From an uncultured archaeon (GTDB lineage Archaea; Asgardarchaeota; Thorarchaeia; Thorarchaeales; Thorarchaeaceae): a DNA stretch of 64,000 nt. The first letter of the stretch is position 1. Each line of letters begins with the position of its first letter. The notes below the pieces were generated by a model, which worked only from the letters and a program-made list of their open reading frames with translations, was not told the DNA's origin and ran no database searches. A program made the position numbers and the translations under genes. This document shows, piece after piece, positions 1 through 9,606 of this stretch. The DNA is taken from NCBI GenBank assembly GCA_964648855.1, contig CAZYLT010000013.1:4932-68931 (forward strand), written 5' to 3'.

Positions 1-284
1 TCTTTGCCTCGGTCATAGATGAGTTAGTTCCTGTCTGATATTTGCGTGACTAGCTTATTCTATTCAAGAATTACAATATAATGTTAAGTGGTCTGAGTCG
101 ATTTTAGGTAAGGTACAATACATCAGAGATTGTCTTCTATGATAATTGTCTGCTCACTTTTTCAAAATCGCCCGAATTGAACAAGACTAAAAATGACTCT
201 GGACATCACAATCAGGGTTGTAGTATGAGTCTCCAAGACAGATTTGAGAAAGAAATGAGAGAGGTTTGTCAAGAATATTAGGAG

Positions 285-539
285 TTGGATAAAGAGAGGG
301 ATGCAATTGAGGAGCAACTTGAGAAGCTGCGTGACTATATGGAGATAACATTGCGCAAATATGATCAGGATGAGTTTGATGTGTCTGAGGTCCCGGTTAG
401 AGTGAAGAGAGTGTCCTATACCTCACACAGGATGAAGAGGGGAGCGAAAAAAAGGCTGAAAGAGATGCTGTCTCCTGAACAATTTTCAGAGATATATGAA
501 GAGAAAGAAGTAGACACCATAAGAGTCACTCCTCGCTAA
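285..539 (+). CDS. hypothetical small charged protein (84 aa)
   Basis: Intact ORF in the six-frame track; Lys/Glu-rich, no recognisable motif. Confidence 0.3.
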   Translation: MDKERDAIEEQLEKLRDYMEITLRKYDQDEFDVSEVPVRVKRVSYTSHRMKRGAKKRLKEMLSPEQFSEIYEEKEVDTIRVTPR

Positions 540-724
540 GAGTAACAAGCTGACAAAATGCCGGGATTTCGATTTGCAGGAGAGTGGACCCTGCAATGTG
601 CCTATGTATTCAGCTTTTTCGTTTGTGAAGAAACACATTCCTTATTGAGGAGATGATTATTGCAAAGGGTCAAATTGAGTCCTTTCGTCTAGTCGTGGCT
701 GATTGAGGAGCCTCGAATGCAAAT

Positions 725-1234
725 CTAGTCAAATTTATGGCGGATTTCAGGCCTCACCAGATAGAATATTATGATTAGGCTGGTTGCTACGCTAACAATT
801 GCATAGATGGGATCTGAAAGGATGTTAAATGGGCTAGTCGGGTCAAGGTCAAGAATCAAGCCTATCGTCGAGAAAGATGCCAACAAGATATTCGATACAA
901 TAGCCCCCAAAAGGCCCCATTGCTCCCAATTGCCAAGGCCCCAGCCACTAACAATCATAATGATACCGAGCCCAATGATGCCAGACTCAAATACAACTCT
1001 CAGTCCATTGCCAGACGCGATTGCAGCAATAAGATCTAGTGCAGAATACGCCAAATTCATTGTACCACTTAGCAACAACAAGAACGCGATGAGAGTCAAA
1101 CCAGAAGGAGGCTTCTCATCACCCAGAACATCTTTTTCGGAATTCCTATCTGCCTTATCAAAAGATGGGTCTGCTATAGAATCTCCGGCCATCCAGTTTC
1201 TTCGGTTATTTACACCATTTGGGTTTCCCTTCAT
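725..1234 (-). CDS. hypothetical integral membrane protein
   Basis: 169-aa ORF with several hydrophobic helices (LIAFLLLLSG, IIGLGIIMIVSGWGLG, IYAIVSVATSLIIIFYLV). The overlapping + strand ORF 807..1268 is judged a shadow ORF. Confidence 0.4.
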   Translation of the reverse strand: MKGNPNGVNNRRNWMAGDSIADPSFDKADRNSEKDVLGDEKPPSGLTLIAFLLLLSGTMNLAYSALDLIAAIASGNGLRVVFESGIIGLGIIMIVSGWGLGNWEQWGLLGAIVSNILLASFSTIGLILDLDPTSPFNILSDPIYAIVSVATSLIIIFYLVRPEIRHKFD

Positions 1235-1558
1235 GATTTCACCATCATATCATATGCAGGTTGCATAGCTGTTCTATCTCAACATCTACGGTACGATAAG
1301 TTTGGATAATATGTACCCCTAATATCTCCATCCCTTCCATTACGTCGACCGGTGAACCTTGTCATGTTACCTTGCCCTACTTCATTCTACTCTGTGATTG
1401 ATTACCATAAAATAGAGGTTTATACTCAGAGGCTTTTCAATTAGAGCAGATACACCGTTCTTGGAGTGGGGAAAAAGAAAAATGTGGGTGTTCTAAACGG
1501 TCACACATTCTGTGCAATAATAGATTATTGTGCCAAGAGTAGATTAGGTGTGTACTGA

Positions 1559-2032
1559 ATGGATTGGATCAGAAACCTCCTGAGTTTGATGCTTCACGGG
1601 AAGCATGCCCATGTAGCCCCCAAACAGGTATTAGGAAATTTTTCACCAGCGATTGCAAAAAAGAAAATTCCAGGGTATGATAGATCAGCTTGGAAACTAC
1701 TGTATCATATATGGTATTGGCAGGATATGGTGATTCGTGCATACAAAGGTGACAAGGAAGCCGAGAGAGCAAACGATAGCCATTCATGGCCAAAGCCCGA
1801 GGACATGGATAGCGATGAGAAATTAGGCAAGCTCAAGGATGAATTCTCGAATGACCTAGAATACCTCACAAGGCTAGCTGAGGATGAAGACCTAATGAAG
1901 AAGTTTGAAGTATGGTCCGGATCCCCACTTGTACACAATTTGCTCATCGAGATAGCCCATAATTCCTATCACCTTGGGCAGATAGTTGTGTTGCTCAAAG
2001 CGAATGATGCGTGGCCGGTAGCGAGGAGTTAG
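1559..2032 (+). CDS. DinB/YfiT-like metal-dependent hydrolase superfamily protein
   Basis: 157 aa; His-containing helices (HGKHAHV, IAHNSYHLGQIV) resemble the DinB_2 four-helix bundle. Confidence 0.4.
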   Translation: MDWIRNLLSLMLHGKHAHVAPKQVLGNFSPAIAKKKIPGYDRSAWKLLYHIWYWQDMVIRAYKGDKEAERANDSHSWPKPEDMDSDEKLGKLKDEFSNDLEYLTRLAEDEDLMKKFEVWSGSPLVHNLLIEIAHNSYHLGQIVVLLKANDAWPVARS

Positions 2033-2075
2033 ATTTACTGAAGACTTTAATCGCGGTCGCGACCTCATCTGCGAC

Positions 2076-3911
2076 ATGCCTGAGAAGAAACTCTTGCTGA
2101 TTGGAATAGATCAAGCCATCCCTTATCTAGTAGACAAATTCTTAGATGAAGGAATACTACCGAATGTCGCGCGCTTAGCTAAACACGGAGTCAAAGGTGA
2201 GGCCTTATCCTGTTTTCCTCCAGACACCCCGACGAATTGGGCGACGGTCGCCACAGGTGCCAACGTTGAGAAACATGGAGCGACCTCGTTTTATTTACAC
2301 ATGCCTGGCGAACACCTTGACGAAGGAGTGAAACCTGAAAACCGTTCTAGGAGCCAGTTGAGCAAGTTCGCGCAGGCAGAGTATCTCTGGGATGTCGCTG
2401 ACAGAGAGGGGTTACGCCCATTTGTCCTTAACTATCCAGCCGGTTGGCCAGCAAATTTCAGAGAGGGAATAATGAGCTTGCTAACATGGAGGGTTCCCGA
2501 TTCAGTACCCTTCCTAATCTCGGGTCCGAAAGAGAAAATATTCCAGATAGACGAGGGAGCCAAACTTGAACTGCTTGAAGGTAAGGAGAATATCATTGGA
2601 GAAGTACAGTTCGGGAAGAGTGGTGAACCTCTACTTTCAATCCGAGGAGAAACCTTGCAGATCAATGAATGGAGTTCGTGGATTAAGGCTGAGAGAGAAA
2701 CGGAGTATGGTATCCTGCCGTGCCTCTTCAAGGTGAGATTCCAGCAAGGTACGAGTGAGGATGCCATTTCAGTTCAATACTCCAGTATGTACAGCACCCT
2801 CGGTTGGTCACAGCCGGCCTCCTTTGCTGATTCTTTGATTCGAAATGCAATGAAACCGGAAATCGTAGTGGGGTCCTCCGAAGGAGCCGAGTTCTGGTTT
2901 GAGGGGTCCTCCGAAGTGTATCTCGGACAGGCAAGACAAGAGGCGGAGCTGATTGGCGATACCGTGATATTTGCGAAAGAAGCGTATGACTGGAGGACCT
3001 GTTTCTTCCATGTTCATTTCCTAGATAGCATCAATCATAAAGAGCTGGCGTATCTGCACAAGGAATCACCACTCTATTCTGAAAGGGCTGCAGCAAGGTC
3101 TCTTGAAAATGTGAGAACTGCGTATCAGTATATAGATGCTCTTGTAGGAAGGCTACTGGATTCAGTAGTTGATGACAATACGGTCGTGATATTTGTGGCA
3201 GACCATGGGGCAATCCCTGCATGGAGAGTGGCAAATATTGCAAAAGCTCTGGTCATGGCAAACTTACTTGTCTATAAACAAGGCGAGTCGCTGGATACTT
3301 ATGTGGTGGATTGGACTAAGACAAAGGCATTCCCATATCTTGAGCCCCCGTATATATGGGTGAATAAAGAGGGGAGAAACCCTGAGGGAATTGTATCTCA
3401 GAGGGAGTATGACAAGGTAAGACAGCAGATTATCGATGTGCTCATGAGTATTCGAGACCCAGAAACTGGCAAGCAGGTCGTCAGATTTGCTGCAAGAAGA
3501 GAAGAAGCTCAACATCTCGGCCAGAATGGCGAGAGAGCTGGAGATGTCATATTTGCTCTCAATCCACCATATGAGATATTTGATGGCAATGTCGAAGATC
3601 TTTATATGTCAGTTGTACACTCAAACTGGTTTGAGAAAAATATTGTCTATCCAGCCCAAGAGTGCTTTGGAGCCCATGCCTATTACCTACCAACAGAGAG
3701 ATTCGGTGACTTTTCAATATCAGTCCCACTGATAATTACAGGACCGGGCATCAAAGAGGACGTTGAACTGGACCAAAAGGTGAATCTTATAGATCTCGCC
3801 CCAACGCTCGCAAGTCTTCTTGACATACCTCACCCCAAAGAATCTCAGGGTAGAATTCTGAACGAGATATTTGCATCGTCTAAAGACCAGTTGACAGAAG
3901 AGAAAACATAG
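2076..3911 (+). CDS. alkaline phosphatase superfamily protein (type I phosphodiesterase/nucleotide pyrophosphatase-like)
   Basis: 611 aa; N-terminal LLIGIDQA...FPPDTPTNWATVATG is the AlkP-core metal/nucleophile motif; distal VADHGA metal-binding motif. Confidence 0.6.
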   Translation: MPEKKLLLIGIDQAIPYLVDKFLDEGILPNVARLAKHGVKGEALSCFPPDTPTNWATVATGANVEKHGATSFYLHMPGEHLDEGVKPENRSRSQLSKFAQAEYLWDVADREGLRPFVLNYPAGWPANFREGIMSLLTWRVPDSVPFLISGPKEKIFQIDEGAKLELLEGKENIIGEVQFGKSGEPLLSIRGETLQINEWSSWIKAERETEYGILPCLFKVRFQQGTSEDAISVQYSSMYSTLGWSQPASFADSLIRNAMKPEIVVGSSEGAEFWFEGSSEVYLGQARQEAELIGDTVIFAKEAYDWRTCFFHVHFLDSINHKELAYLHKESPLYSERAAARSLENVRTAYQYIDALVGRLLDSVVDDNTVVIFVADHGAIPAWRVANIAKALVMANLLVYKQGESLDTYVVDWTKTKAFPYLEPPYIWVNKEGRNPEGIVSQREYDKVRQQIIDVLMSIRDPETGKQVVRFAARREEAQHLGQNGERAGDVIFALNPPYEIFDGNVEDLYMSVVHSNWFEKNIVYPAQECFGAHAYYLPTERFGDFSISVPLIITGPGIKEDVELDQKVNLIDLAPTLASLLDIPHPKESQGRILNEIFASSKDQLTEEKT

Positions 3912-3928
3912 TTTAGGAAGGTGACGTA

Positions 3929-5062
3929 ATGAAGGGAACGAATGAGATTAGGATTGGAATCATCGGTGTAGGTCTGCTGGGCAATATACATAACCAAGCC
4001 ATCCAGACTATTATAGAAGGGCCCTATTTTGACGAGCGTGTGACAATCTCAGTGGATGCAATCTGTGATACTCGCGATGACCATTTAGAGGAATACAGCG
4101 AAACTTGGGACATATCTCGCGCATATACCAAATGGTCAGATCTCTTAGCCCTCGATGAAATCAACGCTGTCTACATCGCAACTCCCACTGTTTCGCATAA
4201 GGAGATCTTTCTTGCCGCAGCAAAAGCCAAGAAACATATCTTCGTTCAAAAACCTCTTGCCTTCTGCGATAAAGACATTCAATCCATGATTGGAGCCCGC
4301 AATCAGCATGGTATTATCGTACAGGTGGGACATAGCCTTCGTACTCATCCGGGGTTTTGGACGGTTCGAAAGATAGCTTCTGACCCCGAATATAAGGAAA
4401 AAATGGGTCGTCTATTCAATGTACATTTCCGTTCCGATCAGGAAAAACCCTACACTGGTGGTGGTTTCCACCCCTCAAAATGGCGTCGAGAGAAAGAACA
4501 ATCTCATGCGGGGACACTATTCGAGCATTCAATACACGACTTTGATATGCTGAGATTCTGGTTTGGCGACGAGTACGAGTTTCGAGAGGTCTATGCGAAA
4601 GCCAAGTACTTCTTTGGCATAGATGCTATCGAAGACTCCGTAGGGGTCTTGGCAGAGCTAGGTAGAAAGGATGGAGGTCTTGGCGCAACTCTTGCCCTCA
4701 CTGCTGTATGGCATAATGTGCATCGAGACGCGAGACATATGGAAATATTCTGGGAAAATGCGCACCTCGAGGCCAAATATTCGCTACTAAGTTTTTCCGG
4801 TTTGCTTGAGATTGAGGGAGAGGATACCATTCTGCTTGATTCAGAGGAGATGGACCAAGAGTATCGAGAAGCTATCGGATTTGGTGAAGCCCCTGCAATC
4901 TGGCTAAAAAACTACGGCTATGAAACCCTGCTATTTTTGGATTCTATCGTCAAGGGAAAGCCCAGTAAGTGGACAGCATCTCTTGAGGACTCACGGAGAG
5001 CACATGAGCTGGTCAGGGCGTGCTACAAATCTTCAAGAGAGAAACAAGCCATTCATGTGTAA
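3929..5062 (+). CDS. Gfo/Idh/MocA family NAD(P)-dependent oxidoreductase
   Basis: N-terminal Rossmann motif IRIGIIGVGLLGNIH; length and EINAVYIATP..H motif typical of the family. Confidence 0.7.
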   Translation: MKGTNEIRIGIIGVGLLGNIHNQAIQTIIEGPYFDERVTISVDAICDTRDDHLEEYSETWDISRAYTKWSDLLALDEINAVYIATPTVSHKEIFLAAAKAKKHIFVQKPLAFCDKDIQSMIGARNQHGIIVQVGHSLRTHPGFWTVRKIASDPEYKEKMGRLFNVHFRSDQEKPYTGGGFHPSKWRREKEQSHAGTLFEHSIHDFDMLRFWFGDEYEFREVYAKAKYFFGIDAIEDSVGVLAELGRKDGGLGATLALTAVWHNVHRDARHMEIFWENAHLEAKYSLLSFSGLLEIEGEDTILLDSEEMDQEYREAIGFGEAPAIWLKNYGYETLLFLDSIVKGKPSKWTASLEDSRRAHELVRACYKSSREKQAIHV

Positions 5063-5119
5063 GTGAAGCCAATTAGAATCCTCATCATTGAGATATATTG
5101 ACTGCATGCATATTATGCA

Positions 5120-5605
5120 TCAAGCGATGTCCCCGATTTCATTGAGCTCGAGGCGCGGATCTTCCTTTATGACCTTTGCAACAACAGAAGTTGAAGAGCG
5201 TTTTATTCCCTTAATTTCGAGGACCTGATTTATGATATCCATGAACTCCTTTCTACCCTTTGACCTTGTCATAACCAGGAAATCAAAATCACCAAGAATA
5301 AGGTACACACCCCACACACCAGGTATCTTAGCTAACTCTTCTCCAATTGATTCATAATATCCAGGAGTCAATTCAACCTGCAATCTAATTACAGTAATGT
5401 ACTCGTTTTGCAGTTTCTCGGGATTCAGTTTCGCATAATAGCCCTCAATGATATTTGCTCGCTCTAGCCTCTTCAGCCTGTAATGCACAGTGGACGTTGG
5501 TGCACCAACATTCTCAGCTACTTCCTGCAAGGGAGTCCTGCATTCTTGTTGCAGTTCTCTCAGAATATCAAGGTCCAAGTCATCAAGTCGCGTTGTTCTA
5601 CTCAT
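5120..5605 (-). CDS. Lrp/AsnC family transcriptional regulator
   Basis: HTH_AsnC N-terminus (LDLDILRELQQECRTPLQEVAENVGAPTSTVHYRLKRLERANII) plus RAM-like C-terminal domain. Confidence 0.85.
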   Translation of the reverse strand: MSRTTRLDDLDLDILRELQQECRTPLQEVAENVGAPTSTVHYRLKRLERANIIEGYYAKLNPEKLQNEYITVIRLQVELTPGYYESIGEELAKIPGVWGVYLILGDFDFLVMTRSKGRKEFMDIINQVLEIKGIKRSSTSVVAKVIKEDPRLELNEIGDIA

Positions 5606-5703
5606 CCTCTATCCCACGTATCATTAATTTGCAGGATTTGATAGAAGAGGAACATAGTTAAAAAAGCTGTGAATTTCAATGTTGTAATTTGAAAACTGGT
5701 TGA

Positions 5704-5720
5704 ATTGCGGACAACCGCAT
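5704..5720. promoter_or_regulatory. imperfect palindrome TTGCGG-ACAA-CCGCA in divergent Lrp/EamA intergenic region
   Basis: Seen directly in sequence between divergently transcribed Lrp regulator and EamA transporter; candidate operator. Confidence 0.2.
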
Positions 5721-5751
5721 TGTTTCAGTCAATTTCGGCCGTTAAAATTAC

Positions 5752-6672
5752 ATGAAGGAGATCTACAGAAATATGTGGGGCGAACTCGCTGCACTTGCCG
5801 CAGCCTTCTGTTTTGCGATTGCTGCCACAGTATATAAGGAGCCGTTGAGAAGTCTGACTGCAGTGTCTGCAAGCATTGTCCGATTTGTAGGCACAACAGT
5901 GATCCTGATTGGCATGTTGCTCATCCTTTGGGGGCCGCAGGCGATTTTGGGGCTACCGCCACTAGTCATAGGTCTATCCTTTGGGAGCGGGGTGATTGGT
6001 CTTGCATTCGGAGATGTGCTATATATGCACAGTTTCAAAGAAATTGGTGTGGCCAGAACCGTGTCTTTGGTGGGAACATATCCGCTTTTCACTCTGGCAA
6101 TAGAATTCGTAATTGGCAGGTCGGCTATTCCCTTTCTGGCGATTATTGGCACACCGTTGATATTTGTAGGCATCTGGCTGCTGTCGCAACGCATGGAGAA
6201 TCATTCAGAAAATCGAGAAACTTCACTGAGCATGAGTGGTGTTTTTGCTGGGCTGGCAACTTCATTTCTGTATTCTATAAGCATGCTTCTTGTCAATGAT
6301 GCCTTGTTACTACTATCCTCGGAGGCAATCGAGGGCGCAGTTGCGGTAAATGCGCTTAGAACTGCAGGGGGAGGGGTATCTCTTCTCTTTGCAGCTCCAA
6401 TCATAGATAGGAACAGGGGCTTCCTCAAGGTTACACGCAGAATCGCCATGTTGTTGCTTGTGGGGAGCTTTATTGCATATGGTATTGGATGGTATCTTCT
6501 CACCTTGGGTTTTGCATTGGCACCTGCAGCATTCGTTGTGCCATTATCTGCGACCACCCCTCTATTCGCAGTTGTGTCAGCTGTAATCTTGCTTCGAGAG
6601 CCCATCGATAGGAGGGGAATCTTAGGTGTCATTGCAGCAGTAGGCGGAGTCATTGTGATTCTCTTAGCATAG
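5752..6672 (+). CDS. EamA/DMT superfamily transporter
   Basis: 306 aa, ~10 predicted TM helices, two-repeat architecture typical of EamA. Confidence 0.6.
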   Translation: MKEIYRNMWGELAALAAAFCFAIAATVYKEPLRSLTAVSASIVRFVGTTVILIGMLLILWGPQAILGLPPLVIGLSFGSGVIGLAFGDVLYMHSFKEIGVARTVSLVGTYPLFTLAIEFVIGRSAIPFLAIIGTPLIFVGIWLLSQRMENHSENRETSLSMSGVFAGLATSFLYSISMLLVNDALLLLSSEAIEGAVAVNALRTAGGGVSLLFAAPIIDRNRGFLKVTRRIAMLLLVGSFIAYGIGWYLLTLGFALAPAAFVVPLSATTPLFAVVSAVILLREPIDRRGILGVIAAVGGVIVILLA

Positions 6673-6731
6673 TGCTTAGAGAAAACATAAAAGAAGCAGT
6701 AGCCCGCAAAAAATCCGGAACTGTGTAGAAT

Positions 6732-6896
6732 ATGACGTGTGACCATGAGTTTGAGTATGTTGGCGATCAAAAGGCTGGACAGAGCTCAAATCGCTACTTC
6801 AAATGCAAATTATGTGGAGCAGTCAAAGTCAGGTCTGATGATGGTACAGAATATATGATACCTGCGGGAGAGAAGAAATCCGATAACAACGAATAG
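6732..6896 (+). CDS. small zinc-ribbon-like protein (54 aa)
   Basis: Hand-translated ORF MTCDHEFEYVGDQKAGQSSNRYFKCKLCGAVKVRSDDGTEYMIPAGEKKSDNNE with CxH...CxxC spacing; below the 60-aa ORF-track cutoff. Confidence 0.3.
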   Translation: MTCDHEFEYVGDQKAGQSSNRYFKCKLCGAVKVRSDDGTEYMIPAGEKKSDNNE

Positions 6897-6919
6897 AACG
6901 TTAGTTGTTTCTATTTCAA

Positions 6920-8056
6920 TCATGGTCTGAGTTCTACCATCGCCTCTTCGGCATACCCAGTTATTACACGAATATAGCCTGAGAGGAGAGCATCAACTTC
7001 AGAGGATCCCGTATCAACACGGAGGGGTGTCCCTAGCCCAATAGACGCCAGTTTACCTGGAGTTGCCAGAATTATGATCCCGCTACGACCTACATTTCGG
7101 ATGACCTCGGGACTGAACTGCTGATTACCTCTGCCAAATACGAAGCCTTGCCCACCAATAGGAGTGACGACGATCGAGGCTTTATTTTCCCGAAGGAATC
7201 CAAGTAAGTCATCTTCATTGGCATCCTTGTGTATGACGCGGCCGTCTTTGACCACATCTACGCCAAGGAGCGTCTTTTTGATGTTGAGAACATCAGCTAC
7301 GGCTTTTACGGTGCTTCCTGGACCAAGAAAATACATACCTGAATCCATTTTCTCAACGAGATATTCTGCAATATCTTTCTGCTTTTGCCGCTCATCTGGA
7401 ATTGCAGGGGTACCACTCTTTGAAGGTTGAACAAGGCGTTTTCTGTACGGAGTCTGCATATAACCATAGAGTCTGGCGGAAACTCGGTCGGACCTGAACG
7501 CTTCTTCATCTATGTCCATTACCTCACCCTCTCGTAGGATGGCATCTCCTTGAAGGTAAAGCAAGGCCAGTTTCCCCGCTCTCTTCGGATTGATTGCGAA
7601 AACACTCGAATGAATTTTTACTCCGGTGGGAATTCCCAAGACAGGTGTGTCAGTTCCTACTACCTTAAAGACATCTCTTGCAGTACCATCCCCACCTGCA
7701 AATAGAATCAAATCAACTTCTCTCTTCAGGAATTCAGTACATGCTGAAATTGTATCTTCTGCTGTTGTGTTTTCTGAGCCGATTGTGCCGACAACTTCGG
7801 GTTGGAATCCTGCAGACCGTGTTTCCGCCTCGCCCATTTCAGCGGGAGGTGTTATGACTTGCAATTCATCCTGTATTGGGCGTAGCATCTCCAGTGCTTC
7901 AGTGGCACGTTTGGGGGATTGCTTTTCTGCGCCAAGCTCAATTGCCCGCTGCAGAATATCCGTCCCATCTGTCCCCTTGAGACCTACTCTACCCCCCATT
8001 CCTGCAATTGGGTTCACAACCACACCGAGTTTCTTTTTTTCAGCCAGTTTTGTCAC
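6920..8056 (-). CDS. ATP-NAD kinase / diacylglycerol kinase-like family protein
   Basis: GVVVNPIAGMGG and LILFAGGDGTARDV (GGDG motif) typical of NAD kinase/DAGK catalytic domain; GTG start overlaps gcvPB stop (GTGA), implying co-translation. Confidence 0.55.
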   Translation of the reverse strand: MTKLAEKKKLGVVVNPIAGMGGRVGLKGTDGTDILQRAIELGAEKQSPKRATEALEMLRPIQDELQVITPPAEMGEAETRSAGFQPEVVGTIGSENTTAEDTISACTEFLKREVDLILFAGGDGTARDVFKVVGTDTPVLGIPTGVKIHSSVFAINPKRAGKLALLYLQGDAILREGEVMDIDEEAFRSDRVSARLYGYMQTPYRKRLVQPSKSGTPAIPDERQKQKDIAEYLVEKMDSGMYFLGPGSTVKAVADVLNIKKTLLGVDVVKDGRVIHKDANEDDLLGFLRENKASIVVTPIGGQGFVFGRGNQQFSPEVIRNVGRSGIIILATPGKLASIGLGTPLRVDTGSSEVDALLSGYIRVITGYAEEAMVELRP

Positions 8057-9606
8057 CCATGCTTCTTACGGTACGCTCGCCAAGTCATTGCCCACTTCGA
8101 TGGATCTGAAGTTGCTGAGTGATCCACCTTGGCCACAGCGCAATTATGTGGTGCTTGTCTGATAACTTCAGGCGAATTATATGCTTCCTCTGCGACCTGC
8201 GCTATGACATGAGCAAATCTGTCTAGGTCTTCTTTTGATATTGATTCAGGAGGCTCCGGAGTAAAGGGTTCAGGGAATACCCAAGGCTCATGGCTTGTGA
8301 AGATACGTTGTACACCATAGTCTACGATTCTTCGATTGAAATCCTCTATGCCTATTCCAGTTTCTCTTTCCATCACTTCTAGAGAGAAACGACCTTCTTG
8401 CATTCTATATGGGTGTTCCTCAAACCAGGGTAGTGTTATTCCTTTCAATCCTAGGATTTTGCTTATGAGGTAGTTGTTGTTAATTACAGCCACTTCTGAA
8501 ACTTCCTCAAGACCTTCTGCGCCCATTGACATGATCCAAGCGTAAGCACGAATGATATTAGGTATCACTCCGTAGAAGTCGCCTATTTTTCCAATGGTAC
8601 TGGGTCGATCATAGTTCAGGAAGTAGTTTTCTCCATTGAAATCGACAGTGGGAACCGGCAGATAGTCAACCAGTTCCTTACTAGCACCAAGCGGAGCACT
8701 CCCAGGACCGCAGGAACCGTGAGGGGTAGAGAAGGATTTGTGAAGATTGAAGTGACACAAGTCTGCACCTACATCACCTATTCGAACTTTACCCAAAATG
8801 GAGTTAGCATTTGCTTGATCGATTGCCACAAGACCTCCTGCGTCATGTACAATATCGATGTATTCCTTGAGATTTTCATCAAAGACTCCTGTATCATATG
8901 GGTCCGTTATCATTAGACCAGCTGTTTTTTCTGACACAGCCTCTTTGAGCGCTTCCACGCTTGGAATACCTGTATCTTTTTCAGGATATAACATGGTCAC
9001 GCTATACCCGGCAACTGCTGGTGAGCCAGCATTACACGGATGTGAGAGTACGGTCGTAATTATATCATCACGCTGTTCACCCTCTCCATGGGCTTTGTGA
9101 TACGCTTGCATAATCCGGGCATTAGCAAAAACTGCATGTGCTCCACCCCGTGGCTGGAATGAAAATTTCTCCAATCCAGCGATCTCACAGAGCCATTCAT
9201 TCAGGTTGTAGATTACTTCCAAGATACCTTGAATCGTACTCTCATCTTGGAAGGGATGCAGATTTGTCACTGCTGGAGAACGAGCAAGAGCTTCATTGAC
9301 CTTAGGATTGTATTTCATGGTGCACGTGCCTACACCCGCGTTTATACCTGAGTCAGTTCCAAAATTCTGCTGGGATAGACGAATAAAATGCTTGGTGACG
9401 TCGGGTTCGGAAACCTCCGGTAGAGCTGGCGGGTTTTTCCGTGCAATATTCCGTGGTATGTTCGCAGATGCATCTCCCACCTCTTTGTTAATTCGTTCCG
9501 AAGCTTTAGGGATGAGCATGCCTCTTCGTCCAGGTCTGCTTAGCTGTTGTAAGAGCGGCTCATTCCATCTGACAGCCTGATAGCCAGTATCATTGGTATC
9601 TTCCAT
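8053..9606 (-). CDS. gcvPB: glycine dehydrogenase (decarboxylating) subunit 2 (P-protein C-terminal half)
   Basis: 517 aa; PLP-lysine region NLHKSFSTPHGSCGPGSAP and GcvPB N-terminus; start overlaps gcvPA stop (TAATG). Confidence 0.9.
   Translation of the reverse strand: MEDTNDTGYQAVRWNEPLLQQLSRPGRRGMLIPKASERINKEVGDASANIPRNIARKNPPALPEVSEPDVTKHFIRLSQQNFGTDSGINAGVGTCTMKYNPKVNEALARSPAVTNLHPFQDESTIQGILEVIYNLNEWLCEIAGLEKFSFQPRGGAHAVFANARIMQAYHKAHGEGEQRDDIITTVLSHPCNAGSPAVAGYSVTMLYPEKDTGIPSVEALKEAVSEKTAGLMITDPYDTGVFDENLKEYIDIVHDAGGLVAIDQANANSILGKVRIGDVGADLCHFNLHKSFSTPHGSCGPGSAPLGASKELVDYLPVPTVDFNGENYFLNYDRPSTIGKIGDFYGVIPNIIRAYAWIMSMGAEGLEEVSEVAVINNNYLISKILGLKGITLPWFEEHPYRMQEGRFSLEVMERETGIGIEDFNRRIVDYGVQRIFTSHEPWVFPEPFTPEPPESISKEDLDRFAHVIAQVAEEAYNSPEVIRQAPHNCAVAKVDHSATSDPSKWAMTWRAYRKKHG

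Noticed and set aside
807-1268. 153-aa + strand ORF
   Set aside because: Lies entirely antisense to the membrane-protein ORF 725..1234 and has Pro/Ser-rich low-complexity composition; judged a shadow ORF.
5763-6770. Minus-strand ORFs (143, 61, 189 aa) and + strand 123-aa ORF inside the EamA gene
   Set aside because: All overlap the well-supported polytopic transporter ORF on the opposite strand or in another frame; no motifs.
7626-8162. 178-aa + strand ORF overlapping the NADK-like and gcvPB genes
   Set aside because: Antisense to two motif-supported genes; Ser/Pro-rich composition.
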